Source: the human T2T-CHM13v2.0 reference genome, Homo sapiens. From it: a stretch of 64,000 bases of DNA. The stretch is taken from assembly GCF_009914755.1 (NCBI RefSeq), contig NC_060947.1. One strand, 5' to 3'. Within the stretch, counting starts at the first letter, position 1. The number at the start of each line of letters is the position of its first letter. A model generated the notes under the pieces. That model saw nothing but the letters and a program-made list of their open reading frames with translations, made no database searches and was not told the origin of the DNA. Both the position numbers and the translations under genes were made by a program. Shown in pieces: positions 35,870 to 51,367 of the stretch.

Positions 35870-36900
35870 GTAAAAACACATATGCAAGAAGAGGAGGAGA
35901 AATGAGAGAGGCTAGCACTGCCCAACTTTAGATTCTACTACAACCCCCCCCTATAATTAAAGCAATGGGATACTGACACAGGAATGGGCAGACAGACCAT
36001 AGACTAGAAATAAAAATTCCAGGCATAGACCCAAGTATATGTAGAAATTATAGTACTGTGTATGAGAAAAGAGTTCAAGACACTGGGGCAGGCTGGGCAC
36101 GGTGGCTCACACCTGTAATCCCAGCACTTTGGGACGCTGAGGAGGGCGGATCACTTGAGGCCAGGAGTTTGAGACCACCCTGGCTGACACAGCAAAACCC
36201 CTTCTCTATTTTTTTTAATTTAATTTATAAAAAGACACCGGGGCAAAGATGTACTTTTAAATAACTGGATAGCCGTTTAGAAAAAAAGATTAAATTGGAT
36301 CTATATCTCGCACCATACATGAGAATTGTAAGAGCCCAGTAATAGACCCCAGGTAGATCATAACCTTTGTCTTAAACTAAAACTGAAAAGTGTGTGGTCG
36401 GGGAAGAAGTGGGGCTTAGAAGATAAAACAGCCTCTGATTTCTTTCAGCTGGGAATTGGCCTTCTCCCGACAGCTAGGCTTTGATGTTCTGCTGTTGAAC
36501 ATAAACAATTTCCCAGTACAAGAGATAAAAACAGGACCACCCTGTCAGCACAGTGGACCACAGACAAAACAAAAAAGAACGCCAGATGTGCTAACTCTAA
36601 GTCTCTCCTTTCTCTACAACTTAGGAAGTGTCTGGCACAGTGTTACCTTTTGCTCAGCAAGTCACTGATTTAGATCAGGGGCTCCCTGCTGTGGAGCAGT
36701 TTGAATAAAGCATTTCTTATACTTTTCAGCTCAGTCTCAGATTTGAAAGTTTTTAGATAGAATAAGCTGTAAATGGATGACAGATCTAAATGTAAAAATA
36801 GTGAAATTATATAGGTACTAGAATATAATATACGTGAATTCCTTTCTAACAGTTGTGAGGAAAGGCCTTCTAAATGACCCAAATCCAGATACCTCATAGA
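35870..36900 (+). mobile_element. L1M ORF2 3' fragment, interrupted by an Alu monomer (36091-36231) and an LTR fragment (~36328-36760)
   Basis: L1-like ggcatagacccaagtatatgtag...aattggatctatatctcgcaccatac...aaatggatgacagatctaaatgt; Alu TSD aagacac(t/c)ggggca. Confidence 0.7.
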
Positions 36901-36999
36901 TTCGATGTAAGAACAAAACTGAATTAATACACATAAAGCACTTGGAAGTGGAGCTAGTAAGTGCTCCATGAATAGTACACCTGATCCTTCATGCCAGAG

Positions 37000-37307
37000 T
37001 TTTTGTTTTGTTTGTTTGAGACAGGGTCTTGCTCTGTCACCCAGGCTGGAGTCCAGTGACATGATCATGATTTAGTGCAGTCTTGACCTCCAGGGCTCAA
37101 GCAATCTTCTTGCCTCAGCCTCCTGAGGAGCTGGGACCAGAGGTGCATACCAGCACACCCAGCTAATTTATTTTTATTTTTATTTTTTGTAGAGATGGGG
37201 GCTCACTATGTTGCCCAGGCTGACCTCGAACTCCTGGGCTCAAGTGATCCTCCTGCCTTGGCCTCCTAAAGTATGGGAATTACAGGCGTGAGCTACCATG
37301 CCTCACC
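37000..37307 (-). mobile_element. AluJ-like
   Basis: Diverged reverse Alu. Confidence 0.9.
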
Positions 37308-37399
37308 TGTTTTGTTTGTTTTCGTTTTCTTGTGTTGTCATTTTTGCGTGCTGATTCATTTCCAGTATCTGCAAGAGCAGAATCCAAGGAAATATAGAG

Positions 37400-40300
37400 A
37401 CTAAGAAAACACCAGTTGTCCATATTAGATATTAATAATAATTGCTTCTATTTTCCTTTGGAGGTTGGGGTGTGTTCTGATAGTTATTAAGAGGGGCTTT
37501 TAGAACCCTGCCTCCACTTGCCACCAGTACAGTTGGAGTGGGCTGTGCTGTCATAGTATCTTCTCCTCATTTTCCCTAGTATTCTCATCCCAGAACAGCA
37601 TGTAGCATCCTGACAATTACCGCAGTGTTATCTCCTAAGCTCTCATTCCTGGCTCTTTCCCATCCTCTTCTTAGCAAATGGTCCCTTGACACCATTGCTA
37701 TGCACTGAGGGGCACCTCTGCTTCTCTAAATATTGCTGCAAGCTCTAGGTACCAGCTCCAAAGACACTTCCCTCCAGAAAACCTGTCCAGAGGAGGACCC
37801 CACCCTTGCTGCCTGCTGCTCTGGTATAAGTTCACAACTCTGCTCTGTGAGGCAGGAGGTGCCTTTGTCTTCTGTATGGAATGGACACCTTCCCCAGATA
37901 ATGATGCCCACAGTGAAGAGCCAAGTGGGCACAGCCATATTCCCTGCCCTACAGCACTGCAGACACCTTTTCATTTCTATTGCAGTAGTGAAAGCTGTCA
38001 AAACAATACTAAGTAACGGTGATTATGGAGCCTATCTTGTTGGTTTCTTCAGTGGAGACGTCTTCAGTATTTTTCAATTCAGTGTTCTGTTTCTTGATGA
38101 CTTTCAGTAAATGATCTCTATTGTATTTAAGGTTTTAATATTCCTGCTTTGGTTTGAATTTTGATTGAGAATGACTGCCAATTTGTGCCCAATGCCTACT
38201 GTATATCCATTGATATAATCATGTGTTCCCCTAGGGATCATGTATACTTGCTGTGGTACTATAGTGTCCTTTCTCCTTGGGACCAACCTCCTCTTCAATT
38301 AATGCGCTCTGGGTCTGAAAGTGGCTCAGGTCTGGAAACTCGCCTCTGTTGCATTGCAGTCCTATCATCCTCAAAGCAATCAGTTAGCAAAAGTCTGTAA
38401 CAGCTTTTCCTATTGCCAGCCCTGACCTAGAAAGGAGAGACACCACTGAACTTAGTGATGTCGGTGTCCCTCTCACCTGAAAATTCTTAATGGCCTTTGT
38501 AAATATGACTTCTCGTGGAGTGTAATTATCCAGTTTCTGGTAGTGTATCCAGCAGGTCCACTTCCCTGCGACTTTTCATCCCTTCTCCCACTAACTGCCA
38601 TGGCAAATCTGGCATTTCAACATCCCTTAGCACAGATTATTGCTTGCCCCATATTGCAAGGAACCATCTCAGTGGTGAATTACATCATTTCCTGAAGTCC
38701 TTGCCAAGATGTTAAATCCTGTGTTTCTCTTTTACCCATTCTTGTGTTCTTCCCATCCACCACCTCTTGATCCAATGCCCTCAGAATCCCTCTTGATCAA
38801 GCACCCTCAAAATTCTGCCCCATATGTACTCCTCCGGCTCTTGTTGGTACATGCAGCCCAGGCCTTGCATCGCCTTTGCAGTATAGCCTCTTTCCTCCCT
38901 TTTCATGCCCAGCACATATCTGTGGGTTATCCCGTGGCTTAACCTTATTTATAGGTATAGTGGCAAAGAGGGGAAGTGAGGGTAGATCCTGATGGGGGCA
39001 CAGTGGAGGGGCTGCAGTGTACTTCAGCATAGGGGTGTGATAGTCCTTAACAGGGAGGGATGGGCCACTTCTGCAGGCTTACAGTGTTCAGAGATATGGT
39101 AACCAGCATCCAAGATGGACCCTAATAACCCTTGCCTTCTGGTATTCATGCCCTAGTATAGTCCCTTCTCACGCTGGTTAAGGACTTGATCCTGTATGAC
39201 CAATTCAGTACACTTGAGTCTACGTCATAGAAACCACTGCAGCTGTTTCCTTGACCTCTCAGATCATTCACTCTGGGGGAAGCCAGCTGCCACACTGTGA
39301 GAACAACCCTGTGGAGAGAGCCATGCGGGGAAGAACTGAGGCTCCTGGCCAATAAACAGCCAGTACCAACTTGCTAGCCATGTGAATGAGCTAACTTGGA
39401 AGTGGACACTCCAGGACCAGATGGCGTTACAGATGACTTTAGCCTCAGCCAATATCTAATGCAACCACAAGAGAAACCCTAAGCAAGAACTGCCGAGGCA
39501 AGTCCTTGAATTTCTGACCCACAGAATATGTAGGCATAATAAATGGTTGTTTTACATAACTAAGTTTTGGAGAAATTTGCAACATAGCCATAATAACTGG
39601 AATAAAAGGAATCTGGAGATTCAGGATTTTGGAGGTCATCAACCCAGACGTACCCTGTGTCAAGGTTGCTTCCTTTCCCAGTCAGAGCCCTGACCTTGGC
39701 ATAGAAGATTTGCCTTAGTTGAGAGTTTCACTTTCCTTGTACTCTACTGCTCTGACCAAGTCCTGAGCCTTGTCCTTAGTGTCCTTTGCCCTTCCACTTC
39801 AGGACATGAAAGCTTCTTCATATGCTGCTGCCAAGGAAGCCCCTTGAGGCTTTTACACTTTGTTTCATTGCCTGTTAACCACTCTGTGCCTTTTATTGTC
39901 GTTTTGTAGACTGTCAATTGAGCTCAGCAAAGGCACCAAAAACTTTTAGCCTGATTGTTACTATTTCCCCCATGTGCATCCCCCTCCACCAGTAGCCAGC
40001 CCAGTTCACCACCTGTGAGAGTTTTAACAATTGAATTGTTTATTTATTCCAGGAGCTGTTTGCACTCCACCTGCTACTAATAATGATGACTTCTTTCTCA
40101 GATGGGCAGTGGGTGATGTAGTTCCAGAACTCCATTTCATCCACAGCTTGCTGTCTCAGAGCACTTCTGATACTAATTGTTATGTGTTGAGTTCCCTAGG
40201 AAGCAGACCCTGAGAAAGAGTTTAGAGTACAGGATGTTTATTAGGGAGGGCCCTTGGGAGAAACACCTGTGGGAAAGAGTGGAAGGAAGCTGGAGTGAAC

Positions 40301-40598
40301 AGAAGAAGCTGAGCTGTGCTGAAGACCAAATGACAGCCTTAGCCAATCCTGCAGGGAGCTTTGGAGCTAGAATGGCTCTTTGCTGTGCTGAGTTTTTATT
40401 CCCTAGACTTGATCAGACATTGGATGGGGACTGCCCCAGGAAAGGGCATGATCTTGGGCATGGTAGCTCCGTGCATCTCAGGCAATTCCTTAAGGGATTT
40501 ACAGTCCTGAATACTGTCAGCTGATAACTGGGAAACCATCTTTCCTTGAAGAGAGATCTGGGTGGTAGGTCACGGTGACCATGGGAGTTGTTCAACAG
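37400..40598 (-). mobile_element. Ancient ERVL (HERV16/ERVL-E-like) remnant: LTR16-like LTR ~40178-40598 plus decayed internal region
   Basis: Minus strand ccacccagatc near the LTR start; degenerate Leu-PBS-like tagtatcagaagtg next to the LTR (~40162-40175); ERVL motif ttccagacctgagccactttcagacccagag (~38305-38340). Left boundary approximate. Confidence 0.68.
39095..39604 (+). mobile_element. MLT1F-like LTR inserted into the ERVL
   Basis: ccaagatggaccctaataacccttgccttctggtattcatgccct ... ctaagttttggagaaatttgcaacatagccataataact. Confidence 0.82.
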
Positions 40599-40630
40599 AC
40601 ATTGGGCTGAAAGCAAATGGGGTATCTTGA

Positions 40631-41191
40631 TGTTACAGGAATCCCTGCTTACCGGGCCTCTGGTTTAATCAAATGTGACTAGAGTGAGTCCATTTTGGAG
40701 TGAGTAACTAGGCACTCACAAGGCACCTATAGGGTTAATACTTAGGCTCTGAAAATAGCCACATTCTAAGTTGACCATCAATTATAAATACAGAATATTT
40801 ACGGCCATACAGAGCATCTCCCACCAAGCCAGCAGAATGTCCACATGTCCTAAGCATGCAGCCCACTTTGCTTAAAGATAACATTAATGAGCAAGTTTAG
40901 GTTGAAGGATTAATGGTCATTAATAACACCAATTGCTCCTACCCATAGTGAACACATCTGCACTTTCCAAGTTTAATTCTAGCTCCTTATAGTTTCTTAT
41001 AAGTAGGGACACTAACAAAGGACAATGCTTTCCTCCTCTTGCTTTCTGAGGACACCCTACTCTGTAACAGAATAGTTTCCACTAAACTTGCTTCTTTCAC
41101 TGTGCTCTGTGAATTGTCTCTAATTCTTTCCTGTGCAAGATCCAAGAACCTGCTATTGAAATCTGGATCGGGACCCTCTTTTCTAATAACA
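40631..41191 (+). mobile_element. ERV1 LTR, MER41-like
   Basis: 3' end taaacttgcttctttcactgtgctctgtg...gatccaagaacc...tctggatcgggaccc...taaca. Confidence 0.75.
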
Positions 41192-41579
41192 GTGAGGCCC
41201 AGTGAAAGGACCTCATGAGGTTTTCCACAAACACCGTGATGGAGGAAAACGGGAAGTTCAGCAAATGGTGTGCTGAAGGAAATAGCGGGACAGCAGACTG
41301 CTGGGAGAAAATGGGGAAACAATAGATGCTGTTCAGGGGACAGTAGGGATTTGAGGACACTATATGATCTCCCAACACCCTCTGCGCCCCTTCAATTTTC
41401 CCCCAACATAACCCCTGTAACACTTTGGTTTCATTGCCTGTTAACAACTCTCTGCCTTTTATTATCATTTTCTAGATTGTCAATTGCGCTCAGCAGATGC
41501 ACCCAATACTTTTAGCCTTATTGTCACTAGCCTTATTGTTACAGAATAATAGTGTGATGGGGGCTAATGATGAACTCAT

Positions 41580-42205
41580 TGACACAGGAATTTTCTCTCA
41601 GCCCCTTTGCCAGACTCGCAGCAAGGGCACCCTCTCTACTCAGCCCGTGCCACTCAACCCCTTGTGGGAGGGAGCACATGAGCAAGTGAGTGTGGGATAA
41701 GCTCTTTTAGTTCTGCTGTCCACAGCCCATTGAACAGCGGTGTGTTAGCAGCTCAGCTGGCTCCTGGCCCCGTCATGTGGGGTGGCTGCCCTCTGCTGGC
41801 GAGGGCAAAGGGCCAGTGCAACAACCTTTATGGGTACCTGCACTAGGTGGGTCCTGAACCCTAGTTCAGCATCCAAGAAGAATGAGGATGTGCTATCAAG
41901 GAGTGAGCAAGGTGGGGGGTTTTACTGAGGGATGAGTGATGAAATAGCTTTCTGGGGAGAGGGGATACGTGGGTGGACCCCCTACCTGAAGGCAGGAAAG
42001 CCCCCCAACCCCCCACCCTCCGCTGCAATGTGTCTGAGTCTGGGGCTTTCATGGGCTCAGAATAGGGGAGGGGCAGGCAAACAGGAACAGATGTTTTCAC
42101 TCTGGTCCAAGGTTTTACCTGGGACTGTCCTCAGCTTGAAGGTGGGGTTTCACCAGGGACCCACCCCTATCTTCCTAGGCATTTGGCTGCCTCTTGTCGC
42201 TATCA
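41580..42205. mobile_element. ERV1 solo LTR, MER52/LTR27-like
   Basis: TG...CA ends with exact 4-bp TSD tcat (41576-41579, 42206-42209); gcttgaaggtggggtttcaccagggacccacccct. Confidence 0.8.
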
Positions 42206-42505
42206 TCATTAGCCTCCATCACATTATTATTCTGTGACTCCCTACTGGACCCCAGCACAGTATCTGTGAATCACCAACAACAGCAAGGGCAACGTCTACT
42301 GACTCCATCAGCACCCCCTAGAACAGCATTTTCTACTCTACCTGGCCCTGATCCGTGTCTTCTGACATCCAAATAGCCTGAATCATCACAGTGTCCAATG
42401 ACTTCACTAGGCCACAGCTCAGTCACAGCTGTTCCGTTTTGAGTTTTAATCTTCTTTTTCAGTAGGCACTCTCTTTGCAACCCAGGGTCCCTGGGTTTTG
42501 GAGTA

Positions 42506-43423
42506 TGTAACCAAACTCAGGCCTGGGCCACTAGTTATTTGAAAGCCAAAAGCTCAAAAGCCAAGCTTTGGTAAAAGGAAAGGTAGCTTTACTTGAGAAG
42601 CCAGCAACCTAGGGGAGGCAGTGAACTAGCATTCAAAGATTCAAAGACCACCTTACCGAGTTGTGTCTCTGGATCAGGGAGGTTTAAGGGAAATTAGGGG
42701 AAATGATGATCAAAACATTTGCACGCGTGCAGTCTCGAGTGGGCAGTTAATCATTGCTTTCTTGGTCAATGTTTTGTGGCCTTCTGCAGGCGCTATCAGC
42801 GTATATTCTTATCAGGCTGGTCAGCATGTCCCAGAGTTGTTGGTCAGCGTCTTTTCTTTTATCTCTATTGAAGGTCATGTTTCCTGAGGCTGTTTTTCCT
42901 GAATAATCTACAAACTCAAGCAAAGTAATAATTATATTCAAACAAATAAACTTTTCTCTAACATGGAGTCAGTACTGTGAAAAAGTATCCATTTTTAACT
43001 GTTGCACCTTGGGTTCTTATTTCAAAAAGTTCCATGAAGAAGATCAGCCCCAGCAAAACAAACAAACAAACAAACAAAAACAGTTGGATCCAGAGATGCC
43101 TGAGTTAGAGATGACTTTGGCAACTCTCCTCATTGGCATACTTAAAACCCTGCTCAGGGAGGAGCTTATTTGCCACCTTCTATGCGGAAGCATGTTCACG
43201 ACTGCACCTGTGCTGCCTTTACTCCACCTCTACATACAATGACTCGGCTAACCAGCCCCACCAAGGCCCTTGTTTTCACCTTCGTTCCAGGAGGTGCTGC
43301 TTTGAGGAATTATCCCCAGTGTCCTCCTTGTTGCAAGTAATAAAATCCTCTTGTTAAGTCCTCCTTGGTTTTGGTCATTGGACAGTCACTGCCAAGCAAT
43401 CAAACCCACTCGTATGAGTAACA
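42506..43423. mobile_element. Two abutting ERV1-type LTRs (~42506-42976 and ~42977-43423)
   Basis: tgtaacc.. and tgtga.. starts; AATAAA at ~43339 and taaca end; subfamilies not assigned. Confidence 0.62.
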
Positions 43424-44469
43424 CCTTGTTGAGATGTAGCACAAGGATTAGTTGGGTATGTACTCTTAGCTTCCTGCTGGTTCCTGCTTTCACCACCCTG
43501 GCAAAGAGATGTGCCAATGCACAGAAATACAACTTCACCTTGACTTTGGGGACATCTGCACCGCCTCATTGAGTACATGTCAATGTGTAAGGTCATCTCC
43601 ACTGAGCCTTGCTGATGCGAGGGAGAGGAAAAGCAGGATCTGACACACTGCCTGTTGCTGCAGGGTGGGAGCAGAAGCTCAGCTCCCTATTGGGCCCTGC
43701 TGATGGCAAGGGTGGAGGAAAACAGTGTGTCCTCTAGCTGTTTCCCGCCACTTCATTCTGCCTCATTGATGCCATGTGTGGCTTGATTCTCAGGTCCTAA
43801 CTGGGATCCACTGACACCCAAGTGGTGGCCTTGTTCAGTCTCATTCCTTCTAGATGGGCCCCACTGGGCCCCACTGACCCAAGGGGTGGGAGGCAAGTGG
43901 ATTTCTGACTGGCCCTGACTTTTGCTGCATTGTTCAGTCTTTTTGATACCAGGTAGAGTGGAGGCCCAGCTCACACCGGACCTCCCTGATACTACCATTG
44001 TGGAAGAATTGGAGGACTGCCTGCTTTTTCCAGGCAGGGGGATGTATGTAAGATCAGATCTGCACCCCACCTTAGTGACACTAACCTGGCAGGAGAGTGA
44101 GAGTGCCACATGCTTCCACTGGGCAGAGGATGAAATATTAACTCCCTGCTCTGTCCCATTGACACTACCCCAGCAGGGGATGAGAGTGCTGCCCTGTGCT
44201 TTCTGCAAGGTGGTGGGGTGGGGATCAGGTCCCCACTCATCTTGCTGAAATGGGTGGGGTCGGGTTTTTCTATTGGTGTTTGACTGGAGTAAGATGGGTA
44301 CTGCCAAAAAAGTTTTTCTGATTTTCCCTTTTCACTCCTTGTATAGTAACCGCATAAATCTGTTATCTGTTTAGGTTTGTTCTCTCACCTGTCTGTATTC
44401 CTTTGCCTTTGGACTCGTTTGAATTTTTCTGACCATGTTATGATCTCATTAAGGCCTCAACCCAAATAG

Positions 44470-44793
<324 letters not shown>

Positions 44794-45079
44794 CAATGAG
44801 GACTCTTTTCTAATTTGTCATAGGAATTGAACTACTTCACTGCATAACATGTGTTCAGTTTTGGTTTGGCTGCCTGACACTGGGGTTTGGTGGTGCCATT
44901 TAAAATACCACCAGACCCCATACAGGGCTTGCATTGTCTCTTCTACCATAGGGTTATGTAATCATTCAGTCATAGTTAGACCCCTGATTAGATGACGGCT
45001 TCTGCTACCAAAATCCACATCTCCACAGAGTAGAGTGACAGTGAAATATCCCTGCTGAGGACCAGACTGGGATTTTTTT

Positions 45080-45495
45080 TGTTAAAGAAGCTATCTCTTT
45101 AAGCACAAAGACAAAGTCACTGCACAACCCCCAAAATACTAAATATCCCCCTTTTCTTGGCTAAAATGAATGACTTCTGCTTCTTTATCAATTTTAGCCT
45201 TATCTTCACTCTATCTAGTTTGCCTTCTCTATAGATAAGATTTGTTGAGATACTCAATCACAGAATTGTTCTACTTTCTGACAACTCCCAATTAGAGCTG
45301 GTCTCCACTTCTTTGAACCCTTCAGCAAATTGCCCAACCAAAGCTCAAGTCCTATAATATGTCCTTTTAATATCCTCTTATTGAGATGCTCCATGGTTCC
45401 CCATGATGTGCACTCTCTCCTGCTACAATGAGTAATAACCCAACTTACTCAAGTATAGCTATGTTCTTGGTGATCTTTGACTGGGGGCATTGATA
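45080..45495 (+). mobile_element. ERV1 LTR, MER31-like
   Basis: End gttcttggtgatctttgactgggggcattgata resembles the MER31 terminus. Confidence 0.65.
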
Positions 45496-46612
45496 TCTTG
45501 TAACTCTTCGGTTAAAAATTCTTGCTTTTCCTGAATTTTCCATTGGTTTTCTCATCTGGGATTTAATCATGGGATTGCAAGAAGCCAAGTAGGTAGTCTG
45601 GCATATTCCCCTCAAGAAACTTGGAAAGTCAAACTACATGGATGAGAAACAATAGGTTGAACCAGCGAGAAACAGCTGGTTGTGCCTATGAGATGGGAAG
45701 ATTCTCAGAGTTGTATTGAGTCTGAGGGAGGGAAGACTGTTGTAAATTACTTCAGAATTAACTGGTCTCTGTCAAGAGGTAGGTATGAGGGGGACATGGG
45801 CTTAGTACTCGGCAATGTGTACCTCCCTGTTATCCTTAGGAATACTATGAACAGCAAAGACAGGTAAGGTAGATTATTCTCTGAGGCTGAGTCATTTGCA
45901 AACTAATCTGCTATTCCCTTCACTGGAAAAGGGGCTGCAGGTGAGCAACCACTCTTTCCTCTATAGCATCTACTTTCTCTTCATCAATCTGAACTCACTC
46001 CTTAACTTGTCCTGAAATAGCCCACATCCCTGACATTTTATTAATTCTCTTTCCTGGACTTGACTCCAGAAAGTACCTAAGAGGGTAAATACTATGTAAG
46101 ACACTGTGAGTAGAACTTTAGACTCTCCACCTCCACTTCTTCTTCCCAGTATACCCATTTAACTAACTGCCCTGGGAACACTGTTAATCTCTGTCCCATC
46201 ATATGGACTCCCTGTACTGTACCAATAAGGCCCCTGGTTAGGGGGCACATTCTTTCCCTTTCAGGCAATCCCAGAATGCATTTACCCTTACCCCGATCAT
46301 CTCATCTCTTCCATGTAGCAAGCCATGCTGCTAGATCAATTGGAAATTCTGCATCAAAGTGTTGCAAGACATTAACAAAATTTGAAAACGTTCTGTAATA
46401 TGTGGTTTGTTCAACAGAAAATTATGGAAAAAAACATTGAAGAGGATCAGAATTCCAGTGATACTGAGTGAGGATCTCCATGAAGAGCTGCTCTTCTTAT
46501 CTTCCCAGCCACAAATTAATTTCCCTAAGTGTCCCAAGCAGAAGTTTCATGGGAGGAGAACATTTCTTAAAGCCCTGGCTAGGTTTTATCAACTAACAAG
46601 TGCGTGTATACT

Positions 46613-47029
46613 TGTGTTAGTCCATTTGCATTGCTATGAAGGAATACCTCAGGCTGGGTAATTTATAAAGGAAAGAGATTTAATTGGCTTACAGTTCTGC
46701 AGGCTGTACAGGAAGCATGGCGCCAGCATTTGCTCCTGGTGAGGGCCTCAGGAAGCTTCCAATTATAGCAGAAGACAAAAGGGGAGCAAGCGCATCACAT
46801 GATGAGAGCAGGAGCAGGAAAGGGGGAGGATGGAAATGCCATACTCTTTAACAACCAAGTCTCGCGTGAACTCAGAGTGAGAACTCATTCTACCAATGAG
46901 GAGAGCACCAAACCGTTCACGAGGAATCCATCTCCGTGACCCAAACTCCTCCCACCAGGTCCCACCTCCAACATTGGAGGTCACATTTCAACATGAGATT
47001 TGGAGTACACAAATATTCAAACCATATCA
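46613..47029 (-). mobile_element. MST solo LTR
   Basis: tgtgttagtccatttgcattgctatgaaggaatacc ... aaaccatatca; TSD atact/gtact. Confidence 0.88.
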
Positions 47030-47474
47030 GTACTATTACAAATTATGTCATATTGTCATGTACATCTATCAATGATTCAGCTCTGAGAAGCCATTGTAAT
47101 ACATGTATGTTTGATTACTGTGCAGCTATTCTGTACGATAGTTCTGGGACTTCAGATGACCACTGGAAGCAGACTTCTCTGGTGGCCACACTAGGCATCA
47201 CTACTACAGATATATAATTCCACTTTTCTCCCTTTTACACACTCACACATTTAAATTATACACACACATATACAATATTATGTCATCAGGGCTTTCACTT
47301 TGAATGAGGAAGCTGCAATATTAATCTGGAACACAGCTTTACATTTTCTGCAATCTGTTTGCCTAGGAAGAAATCTCTTCATTTAAAGATTAATAATAAT
47401 GATGATGATAATAATAATTGTTCCCGACCCACAAAGATACTACAAAATAAAATAATGGAAGAAAGAAAAAGTTA

Positions 47475-47506
47475 TACACACACATACACACACACACACA
47501 CACACA
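47475..47506. repeat. (CA)n microsatellite
   Basis: tacacacacatacacacacacacacacacaca. Confidence 0.9.
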
Positions 47507-48129
47507 GATCCTGGCTTTTGGATTGAGATATGTACATTTTTAAATGTTAAGAAAGTATCCATCATTTCCACTTTTCTTGAAGGTTTTTAAATGTTCACAC
47601 AGTAAAATTGACCTTTTTTGGGTCTGCATCACAGTAAGGATACAGAACAGTTTCATAACCTCTAAAAGATCCCTCATACTACCTCTTTGTAGCCAAATTC
47701 TTCCTCCCCACCAGTTCCTGATAATGACTGATCTGTCCTCATCCCTATAGTTTTGTCATTTCCACAATGTTATATAAATGAGATCATATAGTATGTAATC
47801 TATCATGAATGGATGTTGAATTTTATAAAGATCTTTTCAGTATCTATGGAAATAATCATACAAGTTTTCTTTTTAGGCTCATTAAAAATAGTGAATTATA
47901 TTAATATGACAACTCAAATTTTAATCACACCCCCAGAATTTATTAGCTATATGACATTAGACTGGTTACTTGTTCTATGTTCCTCAATGAGGATGAAATG
48001 AGTTAATCCAGGTAGAGCACTTAGACTTGCCTGGAACATGAATATTATATGAGCATTTGCAAGTATAATTGCTAACGTTATTACCTAATACATTTGAGAT
48101 TATAGAGAAGAGGTTTACACACTTGGAAA

Positions 48130-48645
48130 GTATCTCAGTTATTTGTTGCTACAAAATAAATTACTCCAAAACTTAGTGGCTAAAAACGACAACCATTTTA
48201 TTTGTTCATGATTTTATAGGACAGCAGCTTTAACTTGGCTCATTTGGAGGGCAGAGTGGTTCTGCTAGTCTTGTCTAATGTCATTAGTGGGACTACAGTC
48301 ATCTGGCCGCTTGACTGGGACTAAATGTTCTAAGATGGGCTCACTCACAGGTCTAGGGTCTTGGTGGGGATAGCTGGAAGGCTGGTACTTCTCTCCACTT
48401 AATCTTGCCTCATTCAATAGTCTTGCCCAGGTTTCCTTTCATAGTAGTCCCAAGGCAGCAAAAAGATGAGAACAGAAGCTGCAAGGCCACTTGAAGCTCA
48501 GGCTCTGGAACTGACACAATATTTCCACTGCATTCTATTAGTCAAAATAAGTCACAAGGAAGCCCAGATACAAGGGATGGGGAAATTGATTCCATCTCTT
48601 GATGGGAGGAATTGCAACATAATGCAGCCATATATTTCAATCTAT
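48130..48645 (-). mobile_element. Old MLT1 LTR
   Basis: cagttatttgttgctacaaaataaattactccaaaacttagtggc ... tccatctcttgatgggagga. Confidence 0.78.
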
Positions 48646-49219
48646 CAGAGGGGAAATTTGGAGATGGACTAATAATAAAGGTATAGAAAATTAAATAAAC
48701 AAACTAAGCCAGACAGTTGTTAACTCCAGGGAAGACAAAGAGAGAAACAGAAAAGGAATAGTAATCACAGTATCTATATTATTAAACTCAATTGTGACTA
48801 CAGTTTACAAAGCCATAATGATAATTATCACTGACCCTAAGTCTGACCACAATTATGATGCATCTATATTAGGAGGATGGAGGCAGTAGAATTATGTATG
48901 CGAGTGATGTGCATATGGGATGAGATAGAGAACTACATCTTCTTCCAGCAGGAATTCAGTCAGTAGGGAATACTTAATATTGAAAAATCAAAGAGCAATC
49001 TAATTATGTTTCTGACAGTTATGAAGGTAAATACCAATAGAATCCTTGAAAAGGGTAAAAGGTGGTTGCCTCTGGGATAAGAGAATGGGATGAGAGGTGG
49101 GGCAGAGCAGGAGACAACTATTTTTTGTAACAATTCTTGTAAAACTACTTGATTATTTTTATGATATGCACATATAATTTTGATAAGTCTATAATTTTCT
49201 CAAAAATCTACCTTAATTA

Positions 49220-49565
<346 letters not shown>

Positions 49566-49647
49566 TTATATATAAGAGAAACTATTATCAATCTTACTAA
49601 GGTTGTTATCCTTAATATATACAAAGCTCTTTAAAAATAGATAAACC

Positions 49648-49978
<331 letters not shown>

Positions 49979-50410
49979 TCATCAAGGGAAAGGAAAACAA
50001 ATTTTTAAAAAATAATGAACAGTTTAAGAGTTTTAAAGGTATATTTCATTTTTAAAAGTAATGGAAATTAAATAAAAATGGGATGCTATCTCTCATAGAT
50101 CAAATTAAGAAAGGTAAAACATAATAACATCTAGGGTTAGTCAGAGTGTGGGCTAATGGGCACTGCTTATAGTAGCGTACAACAGTGTAGGGGCAATTTG
50201 GCAAAGAATATAAAAAAGCTTAATAATGGGCTATGCCCTTTTCTCAAAAGTTATAATCTAGAAATACATGCTAAGGAAATAACCAAAGAGAGTAATTTAA
50301 AAAATCACAAGCATAGTCAGCACAATTCTGTTAATCAAGGCAGGAAATAATGAAAAACTTAAATAACCAACAGTAAGATCTTGGTTAAAATAAAATATAT
50401 AACATCTAAG

Positions 50411-50746
<336 letters not shown>

Positions 50747-51367
50747 TCATTATTATTGACATAAAATATTTAATATGAAAATTATTTTTAAGTAATCAAA
50801 AAAGATTCAAACATTTGCATATAGTATAAATTCATATTGGTAAAATGTATCTACCTTTCCATCTATAAACATATAGAAATGTTATATGTAGATGATAAAA
50901 TTACTGGTAATTCATCTTTCTCCATCTTGCTCATCATTTAAAAGATATTTCTGGAACACACATATTTTCCTTGTTTAATTAGAAAAAAACTAAAAACATA
51001 ATAAAGGTATCCTATCAAAAAAATATTCTCGAGGGATATCCACCAAATTGCTAAGATTTGTTATTTCTCTGTAAATTATGCACTTGCAAGGTTATTACAT
51101 TTGTGCAGTGGGTGGGACATGTGAAATAAGTTGAAATCTTGGTTCCTTTTCTTTTTTTTCTTGTTTAGTAATATAAAAATCATTTAAGGCTCAGAATCTT
51201 CTTGTTATGGCCTTAATTGGGTCCCAGAGGTTTTTAAAAGTGGTGTTCTTATTATCATTGATTTCTAAACTCATTTCAGTTTAAAATTCCTCTTTGACTG
51301 AAAATTCACTAGAAGACAATTTTAGACATAAAAATATTTAAATAATATTTTTCCAACTTATCATATA

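Noticed and set aside
43570-44340. 184-aa minus ORF (43753-44307) as a gene
   Set aside because: No recognisable domain; probably a decayed GC-rich L1M 5' region
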